Shown: positions 22,327 through 38,357 of the stretch, in pieces
How the letters are laid out: the number at the start of each line of letters is the position of its first letter
How positions within the stretch are numbered: the first letter of the stretch is position 1
Assembly: GCA_002269645.1 (NCBI GenBank)
Contig: NIVC01003293.1
Location: 42,144-106,143, forward strand
Reading direction: 5' to 3'
From: Macrostomum lignano
Lineage: Eukaryota
Length of the DNA: 64,000 nucleotides
The notes under the pieces: generated by a model
Seen by the model: the letters and a program-made list of their open reading frames with translations, nothing else
What the model was told of the DNA's origin: nothing
Database searches by the model: none
Position numbers and translations under genes: made by a program

Positions 22327-24169
22327 TTAGCAGAGCTGTAGCTGTACTGCCAGGTCCCTAGCCGCATAGTTGAATGGGATATCGCTGACTGGTGGCAGAA
22401 TCTCGTGTCCGTAGCTGTTGAAGTCGTACTCGGCTGTCTGGCCGCCCTCGTCAGCTCGGAACTGGAAACGGGCCAGCATGGCGAACATGAACCACTTGAA
22501 TTGGATGAGCGACAGCCGCTGACCGGGGCACAGCACGCCGTACGGCAGAATTGGCTTGCTAACTCGTTTGCCCTCGTAGGTCACTTCGTTGTCGATGAAT
22601 CTGTCGTGACGGAAATCCTGCACGATACAAAGAGAGTGGAGAGCGTTGGTTAGTTAAAGCTATAATGTGAATCAAAGTTTTAATTGGATGGAAAATCAGC
22701 TGACTGGCATAGTAGTTGCTTACATTGGGGCTATCGTACATCTCGGGATCGCGGTGCAGAGCTGGCGGGTACACGGCCGCTTTGTCGCCCTTGCGCAACA
22801 GGTAGCTACGACCGTCGACTTCCAGCACAGTGTCCTCCGTGACCGCGCGAATCATAAAGACGCCAGATGACAGGCGGAAAGTCTCCTTGATGAAGCTGTC
22901 TGTAAGTGTGAAGAGAATTTGTAATTAATTAAACTTGTAGGAGATTTTAATAAAGGCTAGCAATGAATTTCCATAAGGTTTCGGAGGCTCAGCTTACCAA
23001 GCAGTGGCAGGCGGTCGATCTCATCGCTGCTGAATTCGGCAACTTCGCTCGAGTCGCCAACCTTGGCGTTGATTGCATCGTCGATTTCACTTTGCAGAGC
23101 GGCGTAAGCCTGACGGTCCTTCAGCAGATTGTTAATTGCCCAATAAGTGGCCTTCTTCGTGTTGTAGTTCACGTGAAGGTAGACCATGTTGTGTCCGACC
23201 ATGCTGGCTACCGGTTGCTCCTTCTCCATCATGGTGCTCATCACGCTCTTGATGTACACGCTGCAATCGTCGCGGTCGAGAAGCTCCTGAGGCGCCGGGT
23301 GGGCGCTGTGGACCGTTTGCCAAGCCTTCTTGGTCTTGGGGAACATCCACACGGGGAAGCCGAGCCAGACATAGTTGAAAGAGGCGTGGATGTCGGCAAA
23401 CAGTCCCCGGGCGCTGCGATGGTTAAACTGGTGCTCGTCCGAGCGGCCAAAGATGGAGTTGAAGATGGCGCGGAACTGCGTATCGGCCAGAAAGTCGTCC
23501 AGCATCTCCGTGCGCCACTGTCCCTCGGCCAGGCCGGCCAGTTTGGAGTCGAAGCCTTCGTCAACAAAGGCCTGGTAGCGGAAGACATCGTCCTTCAGGG
23601 CGGCCCGGGCAGCCTTGGAGGCATCGCGGAGCATCCGATGAGAGTCTGGCATTTCGAAGCTGAACACGTTGGTGGTGACCTGCTTGTGGATGGGAGCGAA
23701 GTCGAGACTGCGAGCCCGGCTGAACTCCCCGATGCTGTGCGGGTTCATCAGCATGTGGATGTGGTGGCCGGGAAATCTGATGGTGAACAGGCTGCCGAAT
23801 TTTCGGCGGGCGTCGAGCAGGAACTGCACGGCGTTGGCTTGGAACTGCGGCCCGTTGCCGAACAGGCGGGAGCCCGGCACCAGCGGCGGCTCGGAGTCAG
23901 ATCTGCAATTTGAAGTTATTTAAAGTGTCAAGTAAATAGCATTCTAGCTTTATTATATATTAGTTCTTATAGACATATCCTATAGACAGAATTAGCAGTT
24001 GAGCTTAATCTCACCTTTGTCTCTCGCCGAATAGGTAGCAGATTAGCAGAGTACCTGCAGCACAGGCCAGTACGCTAGCCAGAGGTCCGCCAAGTACTCG
24101 ATAGGCAGCTGGAGTCACTGACTCCGCTGGCAACTGCTGGGTCTCCAGTAGGTCGATCAGGTTGATCAT
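22327..24169 (-). CDS. Cytochrome P450, clan-7-like (CYP7/CYP8/CYP39 type), ~508 aa; exons 24015-24169, 22998-23902, 22724-22899, 22327-22617
   Basis: N-terminal TM anchor followed by SEPPLVPG; I-helix YLHVNYNTKKATYW; K-helix IKETFRLSS; PPALHRDPEMY; heme motif PYGVLCPG. All introns GT-AG with consistent phases; AATAAA (minus) near 22237-22242. Confidence 0.92.
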
Positions 24170-25329
24170 GTCGATCAAGGTTCTGTTAAGTCAAGTAAGG
24201 TTTGAGTTTTCAGTCGATTAGCTTTGCTGAGTTTCAGAGCTTGCCAGAGGGAAGTCCTCCAGCCAGTCCCGTATTTATAGGATTTCTGGGCGGGGACAAA
24301 ATAGAAGTTAAGAACCGCCGCGTCATCGGAAGCATCTCGGATTGGTTGCGGCTCTCTCGTCAATGGAAATTAGTGCTTCCAAAGCCCTCCAAAATGGGCT
24401 GTTGGGGTGTGGGCGGGTCCGGGGAATCCTCCCCCGCGCAGTGTTGCTAAAAATAGATTGTCGTCAGTCGCCCGCCCGGGCCGCGCCACCCCCCACCCCA
24501 CCCCCCCCACGCCGCCCTCGTGAATTCTCCGTTTTCCTCCCCCCGTTTCCTCAATTGGCGCTACTTTTGTCAGTGCCAGCGTGCTTTTTCTCAGATAAAT
24601 TTTTTTCCCAGACACTTAAATTGATCTTGGATGATGATTCTAATGGCACGGGGGGTCGCATCGCCAGATCGCTCACGTAGGCGCGCAGTGTCAGAAAATG
24701 GAGGGTTTAAATGGCTCAATTAAAAGCGTGGGCAACACACAGCAGTCAGGAAGCACTCTTGTCTAGCCAGACACCGGAAACGCCCACGCAACGAAATCGA
24801 GCGAGGGCCGGCATTCCCCATTCGAAAAATATTATTGCCGTTTAAAATCAAATGAAAATATAGTACGTCAGAAGCATTTTAACAAGATTATTTGAGTTGA
24901 AAATAGAAATCTGCTTTTATTGACAAAAAAGAACTAGTAGTATATTATTGCGCGAGTGCTATTTTTATTCTGCTATTTGAGAGCATCTACATGTATAAAA
25001 AACTAACGGATACACAACAGCAAAATTATGCACATTCAGTAAAATGTTGCAAATTTTGTTTTTCATCCAAGCGCTCATTTCCATATGCTAGAAATGCGTC
25101 ATATATTCTATTTATTTTTAACATGAAAAATATAATTACTCAATTATGTTTTTGTTGTATTTTTACATGTCTATATTTAGACAGTCAAATTGCAATTTAA
25201 AGAGCAAAAGAGGCACGTTGTAATATTTTTTCTTTACCTATTTGGGACTTACGCAACCGGAGCCTTCGTTAAAGTATATTTTTTGTTAATTAATGCCACT
25301 CACCGTAACTGCGTCACATGTTTGATTAA

Positions 25330-26140
25330 TAGCTTATCTCTTAAGTTGCTTATCAAAGTCACTCTGAGCTTATCAAATTCACTCTTGAGCTTATCAAAGT
25401 CACTCTGAGCCTATCAAATTCACTCTGAGCTTATCAAAGTCACTCTGAGCTTATCAAAGTCACTCTGAGCCTATCAAATTCACTCTGAGCTTATCAAAGT
25501 CACTCTGAGCTTATCAAATTCACTCTTGAGCTTATCAAATTCACTCTGAGCTTATCAAAGTCACTCTGAGCTTATCAAATTCACTCTTGAGCTTATCAAA
25601 GTCACTCTGAGCTTATCAAAGTCACTCTGAGCTTATCAAATTCACTCTTGAGCTTATCAAAGTCACTCTGAGCTTATCAAATTCACTCTTGAGCTTATCA
25701 AAGTCACTCTGAGCCTATCAAAGTCACTCAGAGCCTATCAAATTCACTCTGAGCTTATCAAAGTCACTCTGAGCTTATCAAATTCACTCTTGAGCTTATC
25801 AAATTCACTCTTGAGCTTATCAAATTCAAAGTCACTCTGAGCCTATCAAAGTCACTCTGACTTATCAAAGTCACTCTGAGCCTATCAAAGTCACTCTGAG
25901 CTTATCAAAGTCACTCTGAGCTTATCAAAGTCACTCTGAGCTTATCAAAGTCACTCAGAGCCTATCAAATTCACTCTGAGCTTATCAAAGTCACTCTGAG
26001 CTTAACAAAGTCACTCTGAGCTTATCAAAGTCACTCTGAGCTTATCAAAGTCACTCTGAGCTTAACAAAGTCACTCTGAGCTTATCAAAGTCACTCTGAG
26101 CTTATCAAAGTCACTCTGAGCTTATCAAAGTCATAGAGCT
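25330..26140. repeat. 20/21-bp minisatellite (GAGCTTATCAAAGTCACTCT)
   Basis: Direct reading. Confidence 0.95.
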
Positions 26141-26899
26141 TGAATTTTATTATTTTATTGTTTTATTAGGTATTAATTAATTAAGCTACACATTACAGAA
26201 AATAATTTAGAGAAGAAAACTGCGCTAAGACACAAATATCTATTTTATTAGAGAATTTTTCACTCTCCTAGAAACAATCTTAGGCAGCTACTTAACCAGA
26301 AGAAAATTCAAAATTGGAAAGAAAAGGAAGCAGAAGGGCCCGGGGGGGGGTCGGGTTTAAACGGCTTACCGAAACTTTCTGTCGGCGAATCGTCCGCCCT
26401 GGTCCCGGCCTTTCTGACTAACGGTCGCGCCGCCACCTCTCTAATTAAAGCGGACCGCCGCAGTGTCACCCGCGGTCAGTGGCCGAGCGGCGAAAGATCA
26501 AAGGAAGTGGAGAGAGAGAGAGAGAGAGATAGAGAGAGAGAGAGGGGAGAAGGAAGGGAGAGGGTGAAGGCACCGACGGTCTTCCCTCCGATCCCCAGAC
26601 ACAAAAAATGCAGCCGGGTGTCCTAAAGCTGATGATTGCCCCTAAGTCCGCCTGGGTGCAAACTCTGGGGGGGGGGGTGGCACAGCGAATAAGGAAGGAA
26701 GGCGCAAGACTTTAGTGGGTTCACAGGGTGACGAAGTCTGGCCTTATGATCTAATTTTACCGGCTCCTGTTGAATAAGGAAACTTGTTCAAATAAAAGTT
26801 TAAAGTGCTTTGATTTGAAATTTTGCTCCCGTTGGACACTAGCTGATATTGAATCTGGATTGTTTTATCTGATGAGATACCTTAACTATCTGACACAAT

Positions 26900-27320
26900 T
26901 GAGACACAACAGGCGTCATTGAGTCACAACAGGGGGCATTGAGTCACAACAGGGGGCATTGAGACACAACAGGGATCATTGAGTCACAACAGGGGTCATT
27001 GAGTCACAGCAGGGGTCATTGAGACACAATAGGGTCAATAAGACACAACAGGGGTCATTGAGTTACAACTTGGATCATTTAGACACAATAGAGGTCATTG
27101 AGACACAACAGGGGTCACGCGACACAACAGGGGGCATTGAGACACAACAGGGGTCATTAAGGCACAACAGGGGTCACTGAAACACAACAGGGGGGCATTG
27201 AGACACAACAGGGGTCACTGAAACACAACAGGGGGGGGGGCATTGAGACACAACAGGGGTCACTGAAACACAACAGGGGGCATTGAGACACAGAAGGGGT
27301 CATTGAGACACAACAGGAAT
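26900..27320. repeat. ~20-bp minisatellite (GAGACACAACAGGGGTCATT)
   Basis: Direct reading. Confidence 0.9.
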
Positions 27321-28351
27321 CATACGGTCAAGAATGACCTAAGAAAAGGTCATATTAGAAGGGAGGGCTGAATAATCTCGCTTAATAGCTCGTATCAGTG
27401 CGCACGTCTATTTATCAATATCTGATATCATTAAACTTGACGATTGGCACAACCAAGCCGAACTGAGCTCAGGGTCAAGCTGCTAAATACTAAAACAAAT
27501 AACACGCACCTTATCAAGCAGGAGCAGTGGGAGACAGGCAGCTCAAACTAACATGCAAATCTTGACTGAACTAACACAAACTGAACTGATGCCACACAGA
27601 AATCAGCTCAGGTCAGGATTGCGTGGGCGGATTTGGACATTTACTTTGAAGTGACTCCTCCTAAGTGGGTCAGCTAAGAGAGCGCTAAGGTCTATATTTC
27701 TGTGAGTGCTTCTATTTTTGCACAATCGGATTTAGTTAGCAGATATCAGGAGATTTGCGCGATGACTCAGACGGGCACTATTTATAAATTCTCTCTCTCA
27801 ATCTCCAAGGCTTCTCGTGCAACGGCGGTTCACGATGAAATGCCCATGGAGACTGAGGGGGCGGAACTGTCAAGTTGATTGAGTAGCTTCGGCACTTCTG
27901 CCACGCAGCGAGAGAGAGATGAGGATCGAGTCTCCACCAACCCCGGCCTCCCCCCTTCGTTCTCCTGTGGGATTTTTGTGCCGCCGACAAAGGAATTTTT
28001 TGGATCGGGGTGTTGCTTCAGCTTTTTGGGGCGAGGGGAGAGGAATCTAATTTATTCTGATGGCGAATCCAGCCTCCCGAAATAGTGCAACCGTGTGATT
28101 ACTGGTGTGTCCGATATGTTAAATATTGTTTTATTGAGATCGGCAGCAACAACGTTAATATATTTTTTCGCATTTCTACTATTAGTAGCATTTCGGATAA
28201 TGCAAGCTTTTTTCAAAATTATTGTACATTTTGTTATATTTCCTTCAGTAAACTTGCTTATTCACATTAAATACGAGAAGTTATATATCTCGTATATCTG
28301 AGAAGTTATATAGTATAGTATATATAGTATATACTGTAGCAGTTACATGTT

Positions 28352-29650
28352 AACTGACAACAGATCTAAATCATCTGACAACAGATCTAAATCATCTGAC
28401 AACAGATCTAAATCATCTGACAACAGATCTAAATCATCTGACAACAGATCTAAATCATCTGACAACAGATCTAAATCATCTGACAACAGATCTAAATCAT
28501 CTGACAACAGATCTAAATCATCTGACAACAGATCTAAATCATCTGACAACAGATCTAAATCATCTGACAACAGATCTCAATCATCTGACAACAGATCTCA
28601 ATCATCTGACAACAGATCTAAATCATCTGACAACAGATCTCAATCATCTGACAACAGATCTCAATCATCTGACAACAGACCTAAATCATCTGACAACAGA
28701 TCTCAATCATCTGACAACAGATCTCAATCATCTGACAACAGATCTAAATCATCTGACAACAGATCTCAACCATCTGACAACAGATCTAAACCATCTGACA
28801 ACAGATCTCAACCATCTGACAACAGATCTCAACCATCTGACAACAGATCTCAACCATCTGACAACAGATCTCGACCATCTGACAACAGATCCCAATCATC
28901 TGACAACACATCTCAACCATCTGACAACAGACCTAAATCATCTGACAACAGATCTCAATCATCTGACAACTGGCTTAAATCATCTGACAACAGATCTCAA
29001 CCATCTGGCAACAGGCTTAAATCATCTGACAACAGACCTAAATCATCTGACAACAGATCTCAACCATCTGACAACAGACCTAAATCATCTGACAACAGAT
29101 CTCAATCATCTGACAACAGATCTCAATCATCTGATAACTGGCTTAAATCATCTGACAACAGATCTCAACCATCTGGCAACAGGCTTAAATTATCTGACTA
29201 CAGACCTAAATCATCTGACAACAGATCTCAACCATCTGGCAACAGGCTTAAATCATCTGACAACAGACCTAAATCATCTGACAACAGATCTCAACCATCT
29301 GACAACAGACCTAAATCATCTGACAACAGATCTCAATCATCTGACAACAGATCTCAATCATCTGATAACTGGCTTAAATCATCTGACAACAGATCTCAAC
29401 CATCTGGCAACAGGCTTAAATTATCTGACAACAGACCTAAACCATCTGACAACAGATCTCAACCATCTGACAACAGACTTAAATCATCTGACAACAGATC
29501 TCAATCATCTGACAACAGATCTCAACCATCTGACAACAGATCTCGACCATCTGACAACAGACTTAAATCATCTGACAACAGATCTCAATCATCTGACAAC
29601 AGATCTTATTTATCTAACAAGAGACCTATGTCATCTGACAACAGATCTCT
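28352..29650. repeat. 21-bp minisatellite (AAATCATCTGACAACAGATCT), ~62 copies
   Basis: Direct reading. Confidence 0.96.
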
Positions 29651-30117
29651 GTTCTCAGACATTTCAAGATCCTACTTCGATGAGAAAATGTGCACAATAA
29701 AAAGATTTGTCTTTTGATTCATGACACACATGATTCATATCTCATGCCACGCACAGAACAAGTTATTTCCTGCCAAATTATGTCAATAAAGAACGCTTGG
29801 ACATTAAAAAAAATTGAAACTATAATTCTATAACTATAGCTAATTAAATCAGCACCTGCTGTAGACAAAGTGGCAAGGTATGTATTTATGAAATTGAATT
29901 TTCGCTTCAACTTCGCCTTCAACTCGACCAGTGAGTAACCTGATCTCTCAGCTCGGCTCACTGGTGAATAGAGAGCTGAGTCTGGGTTCCTCTTGTGCAT
30001 GACCTGTCATTATTATGTATCATATTATTACAACATTAAGTAATCATACGCTTAAAATTGCTACACATAATGGATTCAGGTTCTATATGCTCTGATATAA
30101 GTAGGTAGCCAGTCTAA

Positions 30118-32235
<2,118 letters not shown>

Positions 32236-33561
32236 TAAAACAGATCCCACACCAATCAAAAGCTCTTATCTCACCGGCTTAGCTGTTGCGTGCTAAGAAC
32301 AGGAGGCCACTTCAACCCAAATTATCAAAACGTTTTTAAAAATTGACATTTTGATATACATACAATTTATATGGGCTTTTGTTTTGTTGTCTATAAATGT
32401 TAGCCACAAGCGGGCTGTTACAGTAAGAGAATAACTGTACAGATTTCTATCTCACGCAACCGATTGTCCAGAGTTTCCAGTTGGGAGAAAAAACTGATAC
32501 AGAAATATTCTCTCTTGCGCTTAGTTGAGGATTACAAAAAATGCTTATAAATATCGCATTGAATAAAATTGCGTGAGACATAGGCTACACAAGCCTCTAG
32601 CATGGGGGTCCATTGTTTAGGGAACTTCCTCTTACAGCTTTAACTGTTCATTTTTAAGCCTACGCTAATCGCTTCTTTCCTGCAACAGGTGGGTCCCCTG
32701 TGCATTAATATTTTACTGAACTTATCGTAACAACCAAAGCTGGTTCAACAGTCAAAGGGTCGCCGTACACCCCGTGTGAGCGTGTGTATGATGAGTGCAG
32801 TACCTGTATCAAATATAAGAATTCGGTGTGTACAGATCAGAGTTGGTTTAGCAGCAGCTTGCCCGCGGCTGAATTTCAAGTTCAACCAAACCAAAATGAG
32901 CTGCGCAGTCAACCAAAAATTCATTTATAATCGATTAAATTTATCGGTTAAATGAGTTTTTTTAAAGACGAGGTATCAAAAACACACACAGCTTAATAGA
33001 ATTTGTTTGAATGTTTTCACGCCAATAAAAGTGCCAGTATTGATACATTTGGGCAGGTGGAAAATCCGGAAATACAGTTCACTCGAGTAATTACCGAAAT
33101 TTAAGTTAGTTTTTTTTTCAAAAGCGCAAAAGAAGAAAAATGCGATTAAAACTTTTCTTTACGTAAGGACTATATTATTCGGGAGTGGCCCAGCGAGATA
33201 AGGCAGTCTATAGGTATATACGTCTAGCACAGTTCAAATATCGTTTAATTTATTTTCTCAAATTTCGAAAAATTCTGATCGAGTTTGAGGTCTTCAATTT
33301 CCCTTATCTCGATGGCGGAGCCTCCAGCGCCGGCTGAGTTCGGTGCTGGGTTTGCGGCCGCTCGGTGTGGGGGGTCGCCCGACCACCCCCAGCTGAGAGA
33401 GTCGGGTTCCACTTGGCTGAGTCCTATCGGGTCAGCAATGGGCTCAGTTCCAAAAATTGCTCAAAAATTTGATGAATGTAAAGAACTGGAATTGAAGGAT
33501 AAATGAGCTTCTGATCTTACAGAAGAAACTATTGGCCTCGAAGCAGTGAATGTTAAAGTTG

Positions 33562-34707
33562 CAAAGCTTCATCATGAAAGTAACCCAGCTTCATCACGAC
33601 AGTAACCCAGCTTCATCATGACAGTAGCCCAGCTTCATCTGGAAAGTAACCCAGCTTCATCTGGAAAGTAAACCAGCCTCATCATAAAAGTAGCCCAGTT
33701 TCATCTAGAAAGTAGCCCAGCTTCATCTAGAAAGTAACCCAGCTTCATCTGGAAAGTAACCCAGCCTCATCATGAAAGTAGCCCAGCTTCATCTAGAAAG
33801 TAACCCAGCTTCGTCATGAAAACACCTTTAATTGATCAATTTATCCGCATCAAATGTCAATTTACTAAACTGCGAACGCCTGCTTCAACGCTTTATAAAT
33901 TTCTATTTTTTATTAACGCCTATAGCCATGAGTAACACAGTCGGTGATATTAAAGAGACAGCAGTTACAGAAAGAAGAAAGGACTTGAGAAGGTTTGAGA
34001 AGCGGCGACCACTTCAGACTCGGCATGCTTCAATGATCAACAGAACGAAAAGCTCAGCTCCGCCCACTCAAATGCTGTGCTCCCACTCAAGATTCTCATT
34101 CGATCCGAGACCTGTCAGTCAATGTTCTTAATACACATAAATTCGATTATTTTTAGAGCCGGGGCAACAGTTCCTGGAGTGACTAGTTTGACTGTCAGAG
34201 TCATACATAAAGCTTTAATATCATACTCATATATAATATCTCTATATTTACATATTCCAGGCCAGCAGTCTGGCGCCAATGAATCACCCATAAGTTTCGA
34301 GGCAGAAATATTCGGTGAAAGAAAAGATAAAAGCAACACTAAAGAGTCGGGGAGCCATCAGCTCTGAGAATCTTGAATTTTTTAAGGCAATTTTTCTTTG
34401 CCGTTGTTGTCTTTTGGGAGGGGAGGCGGTTTCTTGAATATTCCCACAATCAATCAAACAGGGAAAGCGGGTTGCTGCAGTCCGCCTCTCGTGGCGCAAA
34501 CGAAGATCACGGACCACTGGAGCAGTAAGAGCGACCTGGACTGGAAGCCTGGGAAGTAAGCATGATGAGGCTGGGTTACTTTCCAGATGAAGCTGGGTTA
34601 CTTTCATGATGAAGCTGGGTCACTTTCTAGATGAAGCTAGGTTACTTTCATGATGAAGCTCGGTTACTTTCATGATGAGGCTGGGTTACTTTCATTACGA
34701 AGCTTTG
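33562..34707. mobile_element. Foldback-like element whose arms are inverted 23-bp tandem arrays (AAAGTAACCCAGCTTCATCATGA)
   Basis: Left arm 33562-~33820 and right arm ~34560-34707 are reverse complements (CAAAGCTTC...GAAGCTTTG); no TSD found. Confidence 0.6.
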
Positions 34708-35454
34708 ACTCCTCGTTGACTGCTGGTCAACTGTCGTGTTGACTTCACGTAAATCGAAGTTGAAATTTATTTTTCGAACTAAAGATGGCTATGTATCTCG
34801 TATACCATAGAAGGTGAATAATTTTCTTGAATTTCGAAACAGACGGAAACTTCCAGTCCAGTGTTCTTTAGTAGTCCACGAGAATCTGATTCTATTCAAA
34901 TTCCTAGTTGAATTCCAGCCTTCAAACACAGAAACTGAGTGACCTATGGCCCCCCTATCATTTTCTTTCTTCTTCCCAAAACCTCCACCCTAACCCCCCA
35001 TCCTAATCTTCCCTGATATCAACCACCAGCCCGCTGTAGCTACTGTTGGTGAATCTTCATCTCCTTGTGTCGTGCTTACAGAATCCTCCCCCCCCCCCAC
35101 AGAGCTGACACTTGTAATTAGCCAGCCGTGTCCATCTACTTGGTTGTGCAATCGCTGAGAGAGGGGACGAACGAGAATGCAACGTGCCGTGCCCACAGAG
35201 GCGTCCAGTTATGGTTTCATATTTTTCCTTGGGAAGACCGCGGTTTGAGCCAAAAAATCCTAGATTGATAGATAAACATCTCAACATTGAATGCTTTATG
35301 TCTTGAGCTAGCGACCAATTTAAAGTTTGTTCAATCATCTTTTGTTTTGCTTCCTCTCTAGACTGGGATTTTTTTATGAACAAAACTTGTAATCTAGATT
35401 GGGATTCTGTGTGTTGTGTTGCAGCTAGCTAATAAGTCCTATATGACTTGGGCA

Positions 35455-37255
35455 GATTGAGTGCGACTAGATTGAGAGTGACTAGATTGAGAGTGACTAG
35501 ATTGAGAGTGACTAAACTGAGAGTGACTAGATTGAGAGTGACAAGATTGAGAGTGACTAGATTGAGAGTGGCTAGATTGAGAGTGACAAGATTGAGAGTG
35601 ACTAGATTGAGAGTGACTAGATTGAGAATGACTAGATTGAGAGTGACTAGATTGAGAATGACTAGATTGAGAGTGACTAAACTGAGAGTGACTAGATTGA
35701 GAGTGACTAGATTGAGAGTGACTAGATTGAGAGTGACTAGATTGAGAGTGACTAGATTGAGAGTGACTAGATTGAGAGTGACTAGATTGAGAGTGACTAG
35801 ATTGAGAGTGACTAGATTGAGAGTGACTAGATTGAGAGTGACTAGATTGAGAATGACTAGATTGAGAGTGACTAGATTGAGAGTGACTAGATTGAGAATG
35901 ACTAGATTGAGAGTGACTAGATTGAGAATGACTAGATTGAGAGTGACTAGATTGAGAATGACTAGATTGAGAGTGACTAGATTGAGAGTGACTAGATTGA
36001 GAATGACTAGATTGAGAATGACTAGATTGAGAGTGACTAGATTGAGAGTGACTAGATTGAGAGTGACTAGATTGAGAGTGACTAGATTGAGAGTGACTAG
36101 ATTGAGAGTGACTAGATTGAGAGTGACTAGATTGAGAATGACTAGATTGAGAGTGACTAGATTGAGAGTGACTAGATTGAGAGTGACTAGATTGAGAGTG
36201 ACTAGATTGAGAGTGACTAGATTGAGAGTGACTAGATTGAGAGTGACTAGATTGAGAGTGACTAGATTGAGAGTGACTAGATTGAGAGTGACTAGATTGA
36301 GAATGACTAGATTGAGAATGACTAGATTGAGAGTGACTAGATTGAGAGTGACTAGATTGAGAATGACTAGATTGAGAGTGACTAGATTGAGAATGACTAG
36401 ATTGAGAGTGACTAGATTGAGAGTGACTATATTGAGAGTGACTAGATTGAGAGTGACTAGATTGAGAATGACTAGATTGAGAGTGACTAGATTGAGAGTG
36501 ACTAGATTGAGAATGACTAGATTGAGAGTGACTAGATTGAGAATGACTAGATTGAGAGTGACTAGATTGAGAATGACTAGATTGAGAGTGACTAGATTGA
36601 GAATGACTAGATTGAGAGTGACTAGATTGAGAATGACTAGATTGAGAGTGACTAGATTGAGAATGACTAGATTGAGAGTGACTAGATTGAGAGTGACTAA
36701 ACTGAGAGTGACTAGATTGAGAGTGACTAGATTCAGAGTGACTAGATTGAGAATGACTAAATTGAGAGTGACTAGATTGAGAATGACTAGATTGAGAGTG
36801 ACTAGATTGAGAGTGACTAAACTGAGAGTGACTAGATTGAGAGTGACTAGATTGAGAGTGACTAGATTGAGAGTGACTAAACTGAGAGTGACTAGATTGA
36901 GAGTGACTAGATTCAGAGTGACTAGATTGAGAATGACTAAATTGAGAGTGACTAGATTGAGAATGACTAGATTGAGAGTGACTAGATTGAGAGTGACTAA
37001 ACTGAGAATGACTAGATTGAGAGTGACTAGATTGAGAGTGACTAGATTGAGAGTGACTAGATTGAGAGTGACTAGATTGAGAGTGACTAGATTGAGAGTG
37101 ACTAGATTGAGAGTGACTAGATTGAGAATGACTAGATTGAGAATGACTAGATTGAGAGTGACTAGATTGAGAGTGACTAGATTGAAAGTGACTAGATTGA
37201 GAGTGACTAGATTGATGGTTACTAGATCAAGGGTGACCAGATTGAGAGTGATAAG
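35455..37255. repeat. 15-bp minisatellite (GACTAGATTGAGAGT), ~120 copies
   Basis: Direct reading. Confidence 0.97.
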
Positions 37256-37906
37256 AGTGATAGTAACCAGATTTAGAGCGACTAGAATCGGAAATTCACA
37301 ATATAAAATCTATACACACAGTTCTTCACACCTGCTCTAATAAATTAAATATTTCTGTCTGACAGACACACATCCCGCACAGATTTCAAAAGTTAGGTGG
37401 TGTCTATTATGGACACAAGAAATATGCCTAGCACTCAGCCACCCACCGCGGTTCGCTGTGTGATACTTATTAATTATAAATACAACTTTTCCCTAGCTTT
37501 TTTCAGAACAAGAAGTGGTTAAAAAGCTGTTGAAATTTGTTGGAATAAATCCAGTACGACGGTCTGACGAAGAGCTGCGGGGGGGGGCACAGCTGCTGCA
37601 CCCCACAATCCGCTTCATCAATCAGTCATATAGTTAAGAATATTATCAGCTTAAAGGCCCTTGTTTCTTCCATTCTTTTTTCATGCGATAACTGGAACAG
37701 CAAAAATATTGAAAAATACACAACAGATGCCACGGCAGATTTTAGAGAAGAACGATTTCTGCTTTCCAGTGACGTCACGGCTCAGCTGCTGGCCTCATCT
37801 ATTTCTATTTGTCTTTTGCGGCCTCTGGGGGTCTGGCAAAGTGACAGATTGAAGGATGAATTTCATGTTTTTCAAATATTTGAATGTTACACATAGCGGA
37901 TATGCG

Positions 37907-38357
<451 letters not shown>

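Noticed and set aside
22963-23913. 316-aa plus-strand ORF, and similar antisense ORFs over spectrin, the M13-like gene and RasGAP
   Set aside because: Antisense shadows of GC-rich coding exons
33285-33506. Short GC-rich ORF (MAEPPAPAEF...)
   Set aside because: No recognisable motif or supporting exon chain
35448-37340. 630-aa RLRVT-repeat ORF
   Set aside because: Translation of a 15-bp array (unit divisible by 3), non-ATG start, no unique domain
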